Part shown: piece after piece, positions 47,028-56,088 of the stretch
Layout: each line of letters begins with the position of its first letter
How positions within the stretch are numbered: the stretch's first letter is position 1
Source of the DNA: a virus
Length of the DNA stretch: 64,000 nucleotides
Reading direction: 5' to 3' (one strand)
IMG/VR virus record: IMGVR_UViG_3300023179_000019
The notes under the pieces: model-generated
The model's input: the letters and a program-made list of their open reading frames with translations, nothing else
Told to the model about the DNA's origin: nothing
The model's database searches: none
Translations under genes and position numbers: made by a program

Positions 47028-48842
47028 ATGATGGAATATCTAGGTATAAAAATCGATTTGGAAAGAGACAAACTCTTTGACGATCTGGGAATTAAAAGAT
47101 TAAAAGAAAGTTACATGAGAGATGATGAACAAAGTCCACAACACAGATTTGCATATGTATCAAAGGCCTTTTCAACAGATGAACAACACGCACAAAGATT
47201 ATACGAATATTCTAGTAAGCATTGGTTATCTTACAGCACTCCCATTCTTTCTTTTGGTCGCTCTAAGCGTGGTATGCCTATATCATGTTTCCTTAATTAT
47301 ATCGAAGATACTGCTGAAGGACTAGTCGATAACCTATCAGAAACAAATTGGCTTAGTATGTTGGGTGGCGGTGTTGGTATCGGCTTTGGCATTCGTTCAG
47401 CTGACGATAAATCTACTGGCGTTATGCCTCACCTCAAAATTTATGATGCTTCCAGTTTGGCATATCGTCAAGGCCGAACCCGCCGTGGTAGTTATGCTGC
47501 TTATCTCGATATTGATCATCCAGACATCATATCTTTTCTAGAAATGCGTAAACCCACTGGAGATCCAAATGTTCGTTGTCTGAACCTTCACCACGGTATC
47601 AACATCACCGACGATTTTATGAAAATCATTGAAAATTGCATGTTGGAACCGGAAGCAAATGATGATTGGCAATTAAAAGATCCTCACTCCGGAGAACTTA
47701 GAGAAGTTGTCTCAGCCAAACGTTTGTGGCAAGAAATTCTAGAATTGCGTATGCACACTGGAGAACCATATATACATTACATCGATACAAGTAATAAAAA
47801 ACTTCCGTATTGGTTAAAAGAAAAAGGATTAAAGGTCAATCAATCAAACCTCTGTTCGGAAATAATTTTACCGACAAATGAAGAAAGAACAGCTGTCTGT
47901 TGCCTATCCTCATTAAATTTGGAGAAATATGATGAATGGGAGTCTAACAATTTATTTCTTAAAGACGTTGCCGAAATGCTTGATAATGTCCTTAATTACT
48001 TCATTGCTAATGCTCCTGATGTTATTAGTCGTGCAAAGTATAGTGCCGAAAAAGAACGTTCTATTGGTGTCGGTGCTCTTGGGTTCCATGCTTATTTACA
48101 GCGTAACAATATTCCTTTTGAGGGTGTTATGGCCAAGGTCGTCAACAATAGAATTTTTAAACATATAAGAAAAGGTTTAGATGATGCAAATAAAATATTG
48201 GGGATGGAACGAGGCGAAGCGCCTGATGCAATTGGCACTGGTTTCCGGTTTAGTCATCTTATGGCTATTGCTCCCAATGCTTCTTCTTCCATTATCATGG
48301 GCAATACTTCTCCTAGCGTTGAACCTTATCGTGCCAATGCTTATCGCCAAGATACTTTATCGGGTTCTCACCTAAACAAGAATCGTTGGTTGGATAAAGT
48401 TATTAGGAATCATCTTTCACCCGATGGATCACCACTAACACCAAAAGGAGAACAAGAATATGATGATATATGGCGTAGTATTATTGCTAATGATGGATCT
48501 GTACAACACTTAGACTGGATGGATGAAACCACAAAAGCCGTGTTTAAAACATCTATGGAAATTGATCAACGTTGGGTAATTGATTTGGCTGCAGATAGAC
48601 AAGAATATATTGATCAAGCACAATCATTGAACTTGTTTTTCAGACCAGATTCAAATATTAAATACATACATGCAATTCATTTTATGGCATGGAAAAAAGG
48701 ATTAAAAACTTTATACTATTGCCGTAGTGAAAAATTAGCTAAAGCTGATAAAGTATCTAAGAGAGTTGAAAGAGAAATTATTAAAGAATTAGATATGATT
48801 CAAATTGCTCAAGGAAATGACTGTATAGCTTGCGAAGGATAA
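47028..48842 (+). CDS. nrdA: Ribonucleotide reductase class I alpha
   Basis: ISCF, SNLCSEI, APNASSS, TLYY, CIACEG. Confidence 0.96.
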   Translation: MMEYLGIKIDLERDKLFDDLGIKRLKESYMRDDEQSPQHRFAYVSKAFSTDEQHAQRLYEYSSKHWLSYSTPILSFGRSKRGMPISCFLNYIEDTAEGLVDNLSETNWLSMLGGGVGIGFGIRSADDKSTGVMPHLKIYDASSLAYRQGRTRRGSYAAYLDIDHPDIISFLEMRKPTGDPNVRCLNLHHGINITDDFMKIIENCMLEPEANDDWQLKDPHSGELREVVSAKRLWQEILELRMHTGEPYIHYIDTSNKKLPYWLKEKGLKVNQSNLCSEIILPTNEERTAVCCLSSLNLEKYDEWESNNLFLKDVAEMLDNVLNYFIANAPDVISRAKYSAEKERSIGVGALGFHAYLQRNNIPFEGVMAKVVNNRIFKHIRKGLDDANKILGMERGEAPDAIGTGFRFSHLMAIAPNASSSIIMGNTSPSVEPYRANAYRQDTLSGSHLNKNRWLDKVIRNHLSPDGSPLTPKGEQEYDDIWRSIIANDGSVQHLDWMDETTKAVFKTSMEIDQRWVIDLAADRQEYIDQAQSLNLFFRPDSNIKYIHAIHFMAWKKGLKTLYYCRSEKLAKADKVSKRVEREIIKELDMIQIAQGNDCIACEG

Positions 48843-48844
48843 AA

Positions 48845-49477
48845 ATGTTTAAAGAAATTATAGAAACGTTAAGACAACAAAGATGGGACGATCATCGATA
48901 TTATCACCACAGTAGAATCAACCAGTTATTACATTTAATTAGTGCATCATCATTTTTGATTGCATATGTTTATTTGTTTATTGATCCTATTGTAAGTGCT
49001 TATATTGCTTGGTTAATATCAATGACATCACGACAAATCGGTCATTTTATTTTTGAACCTAAAAGTTATGATGAATATAATAAAGTTACACAAGAATACA
49101 AAGAAGAAATTAAAATAGGTTACAATTTAAATCGTAAACGGGTTTTGATGGGTCTGTTTGTTTTGATACCTATTCTTGCATATTTTGATTTTGCATTTAT
49201 GAATTACATGGTTCCGGATCAAAATACAGAAACATTTTTAAATCGACTTGGTATTGGTTGGTTCTGGTTGGGAATTTCTGCCATTCTATTCAGAATGATT
49301 CAATTAACGATGAATCAAAGTTTTAAAGTTGCATTTGTTTGGTGTTTGAAAATTGTTACGGATCCAATACACGATTTATGGATCTATAGAAAATCTCCAT
49401 ATTATTTGATGCGTGGAGAATTAATAGATAAAGATTTAAAACGAGATTATGAATTAGATATAGGAATTAAAAAATGA
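48845..49477 (+). CDS. Mpo1/DUF962-like membrane protein
   Basis: YYHHSRINQLLH, RQIGHFIFE. Confidence 0.6.
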   Translation: MFKEIIETLRQQRWDDHRYYHHSRINQLLHLISASSFLIAYVYLFIDPIVSAYIAWLISMTSRQIGHFIFEPKSYDEYNKVTQEYKEEIKIGYNLNRKRVLMGLFVLIPILAYFDFAFMNYMVPDQNTETFLNRLGIGWFWLGISAILFRMIQLTMNQSFKVAFVWCLKIVTDPIHDLWIYRKSPYYLMRGELIDKDLKRDYELDIGIKK

Positions 49478-49719
49478 AACAATTACTAAAATTTTCAGCA
49501 ACATGGTGTGGTCCTTGCAAATCATTGGCTAACAATTTTAAACATGTCGATCTTGGTGATGTTGAACTAATCAATATTGATATTGAAGAAGATAGTGCAA
49601 AAACGATTAGTTATGATGTACGTGGAGTACCTACTATGATTTTATTAGAAGATGGTGTAGAAATCAAACGTAAAACTGGTGTACTTATGGCCGATCAAAT
49701 AGAGGAATTCATTAAATGA
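49474..49719 (+). CDS. Thioredoxin
   Basis: WCGPC, VRGVPT. Confidence 0.93.
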   Translation: MKQLLKFSATWCGPCKSLANNFKHVDLGDVELINIDIEEDSAKTISYDVRGVPTMILLEDGVEIKRKTGVLMADQIEEFIK

Positions 49720-50708
49720 TCAGTAAAAAAAAGTTAACTTTAACAGACGAACGCACATACTTTAAACCTTTCAACTATCCATGGGCATACGATGCTTGGT
49801 TAAAACATGAACAATCACATTGGCTTCATACAGAAGTTCCAATGGCTGAAGATGTTAAAGATTGGAAAAAGAAATTAACAAATGAAGAAAAACAATTTTT
49901 AACAAACATCTTTCGTTTCTTTACACAAGGCGATATTGATGTTGCTGGTGGTTACGTCAATAATTATTTGCCTTATTTTCCTCAACCAGAAATACGGATG
50001 ATGTTGGCTGGTTTTGCTGCTCGTGAAGCTTTGCATATTGCTGCTTATTCACATTTGATTGAAACACTTGGTTTACCCGAAACAACATACAATGAATTCA
50101 TGGAGTATGCTGAAATGAAGGAGAAACATGATTATGTTATGGACATTGCCAGCAAAAATACAACGAAAGAAAATACCGCAGCACACATTGCTGTATTCTC
50201 AGCATTTACGGAAGGTATGCAATTATTCTCATCATTCATTATGTTATTAAACTTTCCACGCACAGGAAAAATGAAAGGCATGGGCCAAATTGTTACATGG
50301 TCTATTGTAGATGAAACTCAACACGCTGAGGCAATGATTAAATTGTTCAGGACATACATAGAAGAAAATAAAGAAATTTGGAACGATGAACTAAAAAGTA
50401 AGATATACACAATAGCTGAAAAAATGGTTCAACTAGAAGATAAATTTATTGATCTAGCTTTCGGTATGGGTGAAATGGAAGGTTTGAGTTCTGCTGATGT
50501 TAAACAATACATTCGTTATATTGCTGACCGCCGACTGATTAGCCTTGGGTTAAAAGGTATCAATAAAGTAAAACGCAACCCGTTACCTTGGGTTGAAGAA
50601 ATGATTAATGCACCAACACATACCAATTTCTTTGAGAATAGAGCAACCGACTATGCGAAAGGTGCTTTAACCGGAAATTGGGGTGAAGTTTGGGGTAAAG
50701 CTGCGTAA
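49716..50708 (+). CDS. nrdB: Ribonucleotide reductase class I beta
   Basis: FFTQGD, EALHIAAY, EGMQLF, DETQH, NFFE. Confidence 0.96.
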   Translation: MISKKKLTLTDERTYFKPFNYPWAYDAWLKHEQSHWLHTEVPMAEDVKDWKKKLTNEEKQFLTNIFRFFTQGDIDVAGGYVNNYLPYFPQPEIRMMLAGFAAREALHIAAYSHLIETLGLPETTYNEFMEYAEMKEKHDYVMDIASKNTTKENTAAHIAVFSAFTEGMQLFSSFIMLLNFPRTGKMKGMGQIVTWSIVDETQHAEAMIKLFRTYIEENKEIWNDELKSKIYTIAEKMVQLEDKFIDLAFGMGEMEGLSSADVKQYIRYIADRRLISLGLKGINKVKRNPLPWVEEMINAPTHTNFFENRATDYAKGALTGNWGEVWGKAA

Positions 50709-50713
50709 ATAAT

Positions 50714-51298
50714 ATGAATGTGTTGCCTCAAATTGGCGATAAGGATATATTTGATAAAATCAATTCAAATGATCTTTGGTGCTTTGACAAATTAATTTTA
50801 TCGAAAAAGTTAGGTTATATTTGTGGTCCTGCTGGAATAGCTCCGCCAATTCCTGAATATTATATAGTAAGACCTATAATAAATTTAAAGATGATGTCTG
50901 TAGGTGCAAAAATTGAATATCTGGATTCAGATTCAATTCCAGATGGTTATTTTTGGTGTGAATTATTTTCTGGTCGTCATTTTAGTTTTGATTATTATTG
51001 GGGTAAACAAGTTTTATCTGTTGAAGGATTTAGAGATAATCCGACAAAATTGAATAAATTTAATCGTTGGACAAAAATAGATTATGAGTTTAAATTGCCT
51101 AAAATATTACAAGATGTTGCAGATAAATATGAGTGGTTCAATGCAGAAGTCATAGGTGATAAAGTAATAGAAGTTCACTTTAGATATAATGATGATTTCG
51201 CTAACCACAATGCCAACACTATTATACCGATTTGGCAAGACGAGTTTTATTCTAGTCCAGCTGGAAACAGAATAGGATTTTTATTAAAAGATTTTTAA
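50714..51298 (+). CDS. Hypothetical protein (ATP-grasp-like)
   Basis: YIVRPIIN, WCELFSG, IEVHFR. Confidence 0.6.
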   Translation: MNVLPQIGDKDIFDKINSNDLWCFDKLILSKKLGYICGPAGIAPPIPEYYIVRPIINLKMMSVGAKIEYLDSDSIPDGYFWCELFSGRHFSFDYYWGKQVLSVEGFRDNPTKLNKFNRWTKIDYEFKLPKILQDVADKYEWFNAEVIGDKVIEVHFRYNDDFANHNANTIIPIWQDEFYSSPAGNRIGFLLKDF

Positions 51299-51330
51299 TG
51301 TGACAAATTTAGTACACAAGAAAGAAAAAA

Positions 51331-51519
51331 ATGACAAACAAATCTATGACTGGAGACTGTTCGAATTGTGAATCAACGTATAGTATAGAATTCATGGAAG
51401 AATTGGTGTCCGAAGAATTTCCGGAATATTGTCCATTTTGTGGTGAGACCATCGATGAATTATCAGAAGAATATGTAGAAGAAGATGATGATCCAGAAGA
51501 TGAAAACCGATGGGATTAA
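51331..51519 (+). CDS. Zinc-ribbon acidic protein
   Basis: CSNC...CPFC. Confidence 0.75.
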   Translation: MTNKSMTGDCSNCESTYSIEFMEELVSEEFPEYCPFCGETIDELSEEYVEEDDDPEDENRWD

Positions 51520-51947
51520 ACTGGACATATAACGATAAAGAATTTACGGAAGACTTGATTGGTGATAATTTAGGATTTGTATATGAAATAACAAATCTTG
51601 AAAATAATAGAAAATACATTGGTAAAAAACTATTTCATTCATCTAAAACAAAACAAGTAAAAGGTAAAAAGAAGCGTATTAAAGTTCCAAGTGATTGGCA
51701 AACTTATTACGGAAGTAGTGCCGATCTTGCTAAAGATGTGTTATCATTAGGACAAGAAAAGTTCCAAAGAAAAATAATACACCTTTGTAAATCTAGAGGT
51801 GAGTGTAGTTATCTCGAAGCCAAAGAACAATTTTTAAATTGTGTTATGGAAAGAGAAGATTACTACAATACGTGGATTATGGTTAGAGTTAGAAAATCGC
51901 ATATTAAGGATTATAATGCTAGACTTCTTAGTGAAACTAAAGAATGA
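51510..51947 (+). CDS. GIY-YIG nuclease (Seg-like)
   Basis: GFVY..TN..YIGKK, YYGSS, E, YYN. Confidence 0.82.
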   Translation: MGLNWTYNDKEFTEDLIGDNLGFVYEITNLENNRKYIGKKLFHSSKTKQVKGKKKRIKVPSDWQTYYGSSADLAKDVLSLGQEKFQRKIIHLCKSRGECSYLEAKEQFLNCVMEREDYYNTWIMVRVRKSHIKDYNARLLSETKE

Positions 51948-52272
51948 TAATCAGGATTTTGATTTCCTGAGTTTCACTTCAAACGATAATGGTGAGTCAT
52001 TATCTATTACAGGTGAAAAATATAAAGATCCGGGAACACCAGTCGGAGGCAGCGCTATTGGTCCACAGTATCATATAGTCTTGTATAAGGATCATCCAAC
52101 AGATAAGAAAAAATTCTGTGATGTGGATTGTTTTAATGGTATACTTGCTGATCCTTGGGAATACATCTCCGGACTAATTCCTGTAGGTTTTTATGGCGTA
52201 ATCGCAAGAACAACTACCACTTCCGAACCAATCATACAAAGGCTGGTTGACACCATCAAAAAAGTGTGTTAG
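51916..52272 (+). CDS. Hypothetical protein
   Basis: AAGGA SD plus ATG. Confidence 0.65.
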   Translation: MLDFLVKLKNDNQDFDFLSFTSNDNGESLSITGEKYKDPGTPVGGSAIGPQYHIVLYKDHPTDKKKFCDVDCFNGILADPWEYISGLIPVGFYGVIARTTTTSEPIIQRLVDTIKKVC

Positions 52273-52275
52273 AAT
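52247..52275 (+). promoter_or_regulatory. sigma70 promoter TTGACA-17-TAGAAT
   Basis: Consensus match upstream of rnh. Confidence 0.7.
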
Positions 52276-52305
52276 TGAATCTTTAGAAACTATTGAAAGT
52301 TTGTT

Positions 52306-53157
52306 ATGATTCTGGTAGATTTAAATCAGGTACTATTATCTGGCCTGATGGCACAGATTTCGAATCAAAAGGGTGTGAAGCTTGAAGAAAGCTTAGTTCG
52401 CCATATGATTCTAAACATTATCCGGATGCACGTTAGAAATTTCCGCAAGGACTATGGTGATATAGTTCTTTGTTGTGACAACAGGAAATACTGGCGCAAA
52501 GAATTCTTTCCTTTCTATAAAGCAAGCCGAAAGAAGAACCGTGAAAAATCCGACCTAGATTGGCATATGATTTTTGATATGTTAGCAAAATTCAAGTTGG
52601 AACTGAAAGAAAATTTTCCCTACAAGGTTATCGATGTTGAAGGTGCAGAAGCTGACGATATCATTGGTACATTAGTACCAATCTATGCGCCACACGAAAA
52701 GATTTTAATTCTTTCTAGTGACGGTGACTTCCTACAACTACAGATGTATGGTGAAAATGTTAAACAATACAATCCATCACAGAAGAAGTACATTAAGTCT
52801 ATCGAGCCTCTTTTAGAATTAAAAGAGAAGATTATTCGTGGTGATAAAGGTGACGGTATACCAAACATTTTTTCACCGTCAGATTGTTTTGTGCGTGAAC
52901 TTAGACAAAAACCAATCACACAAAAAATAATTGAAAAATACCTAAATGAGTCAACCGACAAATGGGGCGATGAATCAGCAATCACAGGATTCTCACGAAA
53001 CGAAACCTTAATTGATCTAAGGATGATTCCATCTGAAATTAAACAGAAAATTATAAATAACTATAATGAAGTTAAACCTGCATCTAAACAACGGATGTTA
53101 AATTACTTTATCGAAAACAAACTAAAAAACCTAATGGAAGTGATTGAGGAATTCTAA
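52306..53157 (+). CDS. rnh: T4 RNase H (5'-3' exonuclease)
   Basis: ILVDLNQ, YKASR, EADD, SSDGDF, GDKGDGIPN. Confidence 0.94.
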   Translation: MILVDLNQVLLSGLMAQISNQKGVKLEESLVRHMILNIIRMHVRNFRKDYGDIVLCCDNRKYWRKEFFPFYKASRKKNREKSDLDWHMIFDMLAKFKLELKENFPYKVIDVEGAEADDIIGTLVPIYAPHEKILILSSDGDFLQLQMYGENVKQYNPSQKKYIKSIEPLLELKEKIIRGDKGDGIPNIFSPSDCFVRELRQKPITQKIIEKYLNESTDKWGDESAITGFSRNETLIDLRMIPSEIKQKIINNYNEVKPASKQRMLNYFIENKLKNLMEVIEEF

Positions 53158-53582
53158 TGAAAAATATCTATGAAGTGTTTGATGAATTTGAAGAAGCAAA
53201 AAATAAAAAAGAAAGATTGACAGTAATTGAAAAAAACCTGTCAAAAACTTTAGTTGAAGTACTACAATACACATTTCATCCAGATTACAAATGGAAAATA
53301 AATGAAATGCCGGAAAACTATAAGATTCCTATGGACGTAGCTCCTGGGTTATCACGCTGCCAACTATCCACAGAAATTAGGAAACTATATTTGTTTCAAA
53401 GTGGAAACGAAGTTGCAGAATCTTTATCTCCCAAGAAACAAAATGAGTTATTAATACAACTATTGGAATCAATCGAACCTAGAGAAGCTGAAGTGATTAT
53501 TGGTATCTTCAAAAAAGACCAAAGTGTTAAAGGTCTGGATTATAAATTTGTCAAAGAGGCCTTTCCAAATCTTTTACCTTAA
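53157..53582 (+). CDS. T4-like hypothetical protein (DUF6433-like)
   Basis: IQLLESIEPREA, VKEAFP. Confidence 0.7.
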   Translation: MKNIYEVFDEFEEAKNKKERLTVIEKNLSKTLVEVLQYTFHPDYKWKINEMPENYKIPMDVAPGLSRCQLSTEIRKLYLFQSGNEVAESLSPKKQNELLIQLLESIEPREAEVIIGIFKKDQSVKGLDYKFVKEAFPNLLP

Positions 53583-53953
53583 TGGCTAACAAAGATAAAT
53601 TAATAGTAACAAGTGGTGAATTTGATCCTTTAACATATGATGAATTACGTTATCTACAAAGATGCCGTGAGAAAGGCAATTGGTTAATTGTGGGCATACA
53701 TTCAAATTGGTGGATGACCTATGCCCGTGGTGGATTCACTCAAAACTATTTTGAACGTAGTCAAATAGTCAGTAATTTAAAATGTGTCGATGAAGTATTC
53801 CAATTCAATGATTCTGATGGAACGGTCTGTCAGTTACTCAAATTAGTAAAATTCTGTTATCCGAATGCTGATATAACTTATATATCGCAAGACGATATGT
53901 TCAATATGCCCGAAACAAAAATACGTGGCATCAATTTCGAAACCATGAAGTAG
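53582..53953 (+). CDS. Cytidylyltransferase-like protein with degenerate HxGH
   Basis: SGEFDPLTYDE, LIVGIHS, ER, LKCVDEV. Confidence 0.7.
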   Translation: MANKDKLIVTSGEFDPLTYDELRYLQRCREKGNWLIVGIHSNWWMTYARGGFTQNYFERSQIVSNLKCVDEVFQFNDSDGTVCQLLKLVKFCYPNADITYISQDDMFNMPETKIRGINFETMK

Positions 53954-53964
53954 GAGAAAAGAAA

Positions 53965-54159
53965 GTGACGAAGTTTGTCGGTAAATTCCGTAAACAAAAA
54001 GATTACAACGATGATTACGAATTTAGTAGGAATGCGTTGAATAACCGTAAACGCAAAGGTGAGCACGCCGAAGTTAAAAAACTATTAAAAATGTATGAAG
54101 AAGAAGAATTCATGTATGGATCTTCTTATGAAACAAAATCCAAAAAAAGAAGTCATTAA
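53965..54159 (+). CDS. Hypothetical basic protein
   Basis: AGGAG SD plus GTG. Confidence 0.65.
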   Translation: MTKFVGKFRKQKDYNDDYEFSRNALNNRKRKGEHAEVKKLLKMYEEEEFMYGSSYETKSKKRSH

Positions 54160-54172
54160 AAAAGATTAAATC

Positions 54173-54898
54173 ATGTTTGATATTTTTATAAAACCAACTA
54201 CCTTACATTTAGATTGTCTCACTTCAAGTAAAAAGGTATATGACTTTGCTCCTATTCAATATTCAAATAAATTTTTTCCGGAATGGTGGAAAAAATTACC
54301 TAAAGAATTGTTTTTGGAAAACAATCATGTACCTTTACCAACAATGAAAACCTGCACCGGACTTATATCATTATATAAAAATTCAATTATAATTCCATGT
54401 TGGGAAGATATTTTGTTTAATGTAACCGAAACAGAAATAAAATGTGGATCCGCAAGTAAGTCTGTTAAATTTGATTCTCATTCTTATAAACAAAGGGAGG
54501 GTTTTTTAAAAAATTTCCATCACACAAAAATAGGTTCTCCTTGGATGTTTAAATGTAAACATGACATTAATTTTTCTTGGCAAAAACCAATGTACAATTT
54601 TGAAAATCCCATAGATTTTATTCTTATGGATGGTGTTGTTTCTTACAAATATCAAAACTCAACAAATATAAATTTATTATTTCGAAAATCACCAAAAACG
54701 GTCATGATCGAATTTCTTCAACCTTTGGTGTTAATAACACCACATACTGAAAAAAGATTAGTAATTAAAAATCATTTGGTATCTGAACAAGAGATAGAAC
54801 AAATGTCTGATAGAATGATAAAATATATTAATATATACAGTACAATAAAAAAATTGACTGATGAAAAAGATCGTAAAAAATGTCCTTTTCATTTTTAA
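54173..54898 (+). CDS. Hypothetical protein
   Basis: PEWWKK, TMKTC, SPW, ends CPF. Confidence 0.7.
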   Translation: MFDIFIKPTTLHLDCLTSSKKVYDFAPIQYSNKFFPEWWKKLPKELFLENNHVPLPTMKTCTGLISLYKNSIIIPCWEDILFNVTETEIKCGSASKSVKFDSHSYKQREGFLKNFHHTKIGSPWMFKCKHDINFSWQKPMYNFENPIDFILMDGVVSYKYQNSTNINLLFRKSPKTVMIEFLQPLVLITPHTEKRLVIKNHLVSEQEIEQMSDRMIKYINIYSTIKKLTDEKDRKKCPFHF

Positions 54899-54917
54899 TT
54901 TAATTTTTCAAAAAAAT

Positions 54918-54950
54918 GACGCACCAGGATCAACGGTGGTGCGTTTTTTT
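54918..54950 (+). terminator. Intrinsic terminator
   Basis: GACGCACCA/TGGTGCGTT plus T-run. Confidence 0.75.
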
Positions 54951-54982
54951 CAACTAGTCAATAGTCCGATATGGTACGAATT

Positions 54983-55044
54983 TGTTGTTTTTTCGCAACA
55001 AATACCAAAATCCGCTTGACAAAGCTCAAAATGTGTGTCATAAT
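54983..55044 (+). promoter_or_regulatory. TGTTG-N8-CAACA plus sigma70 promoter TTGACA-17-CATAAT
   Basis: Palindrome ends 15 nt before the -35. Confidence 0.75.
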
Positions 55045-55071
55045 GATATCTCTTGACTGGAGAATCAAAAT

Positions 55072-55458
55072 ATGATTGTTTATGGACACATTCAAAAATC
55101 CAAAAAACGTAAAGTTCCAAAAGCTGTTAAAAAACAGCACGATGAGTGGTTGGCTTCTGTTATGAACATGTCTACCAACTTTTCAAAAACTAAACCTAAA
55201 GCAAATTCCAAAGTAATTCCTTCACCTAGTACGTTTGTACGCCGTGAAACGCCTCATTATCCGTCTTTGGATACAGGATATACAGGAACACTAACGAAAG
55301 TTGGAATTATGAAGGATTATCACAAAATGTCAAAGGAAGAAAGAGCGAAAATTGATGAAATTAACGCTTGTGTAGCGCCTTTACATAAAAGTAATTATGT
55401 TTATGTTTCTCCTGGTATGAATCCTGCCGGTTTTGGCAGAAAAAATGAAATTATTTGA
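55072..55458 (+). CDS. Hypothetical basic protein
   Basis: GGAG SD; RRETPHYPS, APLHKSNYV. Confidence 0.75.
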   Translation: MIVYGHIQKSKKRKVPKAVKKQHDEWLASVMNMSTNFSKTKPKANSKVIPSPSTFVRRETPHYPSLDTGYTGTLTKVGIMKDYHKMSKEERAKIDEINACVAPLHKSNYVYVSPGMNPAGFGRKNEII

Positions 55459-55473
55459 AAGGAATATTTAAAA

Positions 55474-55662
55474 ATGTACGCTCCGCACGAAGAAACGCAA
55501 ATTCTACGTGGTATTGATGAAATTATGTTCAATTTACGTCATGTTCCAGTTGATGATGTTGCTCATTTCCTAGTAAAATTTAACCCCAAGCTTGCCAGTG
55601 AGTTGGCAAATTCAATTTCTTTTCATTTTTTCGATAAAACAGAAGGTCAAACACATGAATAA
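55474..55662 (+). CDS. Hypothetical protein
   Basis: SD plus ORF. Confidence 0.65.
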   Translation: MYAPHEETQILRGIDEIMFNLRHVPVDDVAHFLVKFNPKLASELANSISFHFFDKTEGQTHE

Positions 55663-55837
55663 TCAACAAACTAACACAAAAGTAGAAAAATATAATCTTT
55701 GGTTGAATGCCAAATCTGACGATAGTGAAATTCCTGATTGGAAACGCCTAGATATCGTTATGAGACAATGGGCAGTTATGTCACAATTTGAAAGTGATCA
55801 GTCCGAATACTTAAAAATGAAAGAAATGTACCAATGA
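55655..55837 (+). CDS. Hypothetical protein
   Basis: Coupled ORF. Confidence 0.6.
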   Translation: MNNQQTNTKVEKYNLWLNAKSDDSEIPDWKRLDIVMRQWAVMSQFESDQSEYLKMKEMYQ

Positions 55838-56028
55838 CAGAACAAATTTTTTATGCAAAAATAGAAGATGCTGATGACGGAAGCGGAGACGGCATTTTAA
55901 CGATACCTCCAGAAATTTTAGAAATTTATGGATGGAAAGAAGGCACAAAACTGGATATTTCCGTTATGGAAAATGGCAGCATTTTAATTAAAGAAGTTCT
56001 GGATGTTGTAGAAAAACAACAGCCTTAA
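55834..56028 (+). CDS. AbrB/MazE-like DNA-binding protein
   Basis: ILTIPPEILEIYGWKEGTKLDI...GSILIK. Confidence 0.75.
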   Translation: MTEQIFYAKIEDADDGSGDGILTIPPEILEIYGWKEGTKLDISVMENGSILIKEVLDVVEKQQP

Positions 56029-56065
56029 AAAAACACTTGACCTTGATCTGGAACTATGAGATAAT
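56004..56065 (+). promoter_or_regulatory. TGTTG-N8-CAACA plus promoter TTGACC-17-GATAAT
   Basis: Palindrome ends 15 nt before the -35. Confidence 0.7.
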
Positions 56066-56088
56066 ACTTGTATTACCTCGGAGAAAAC

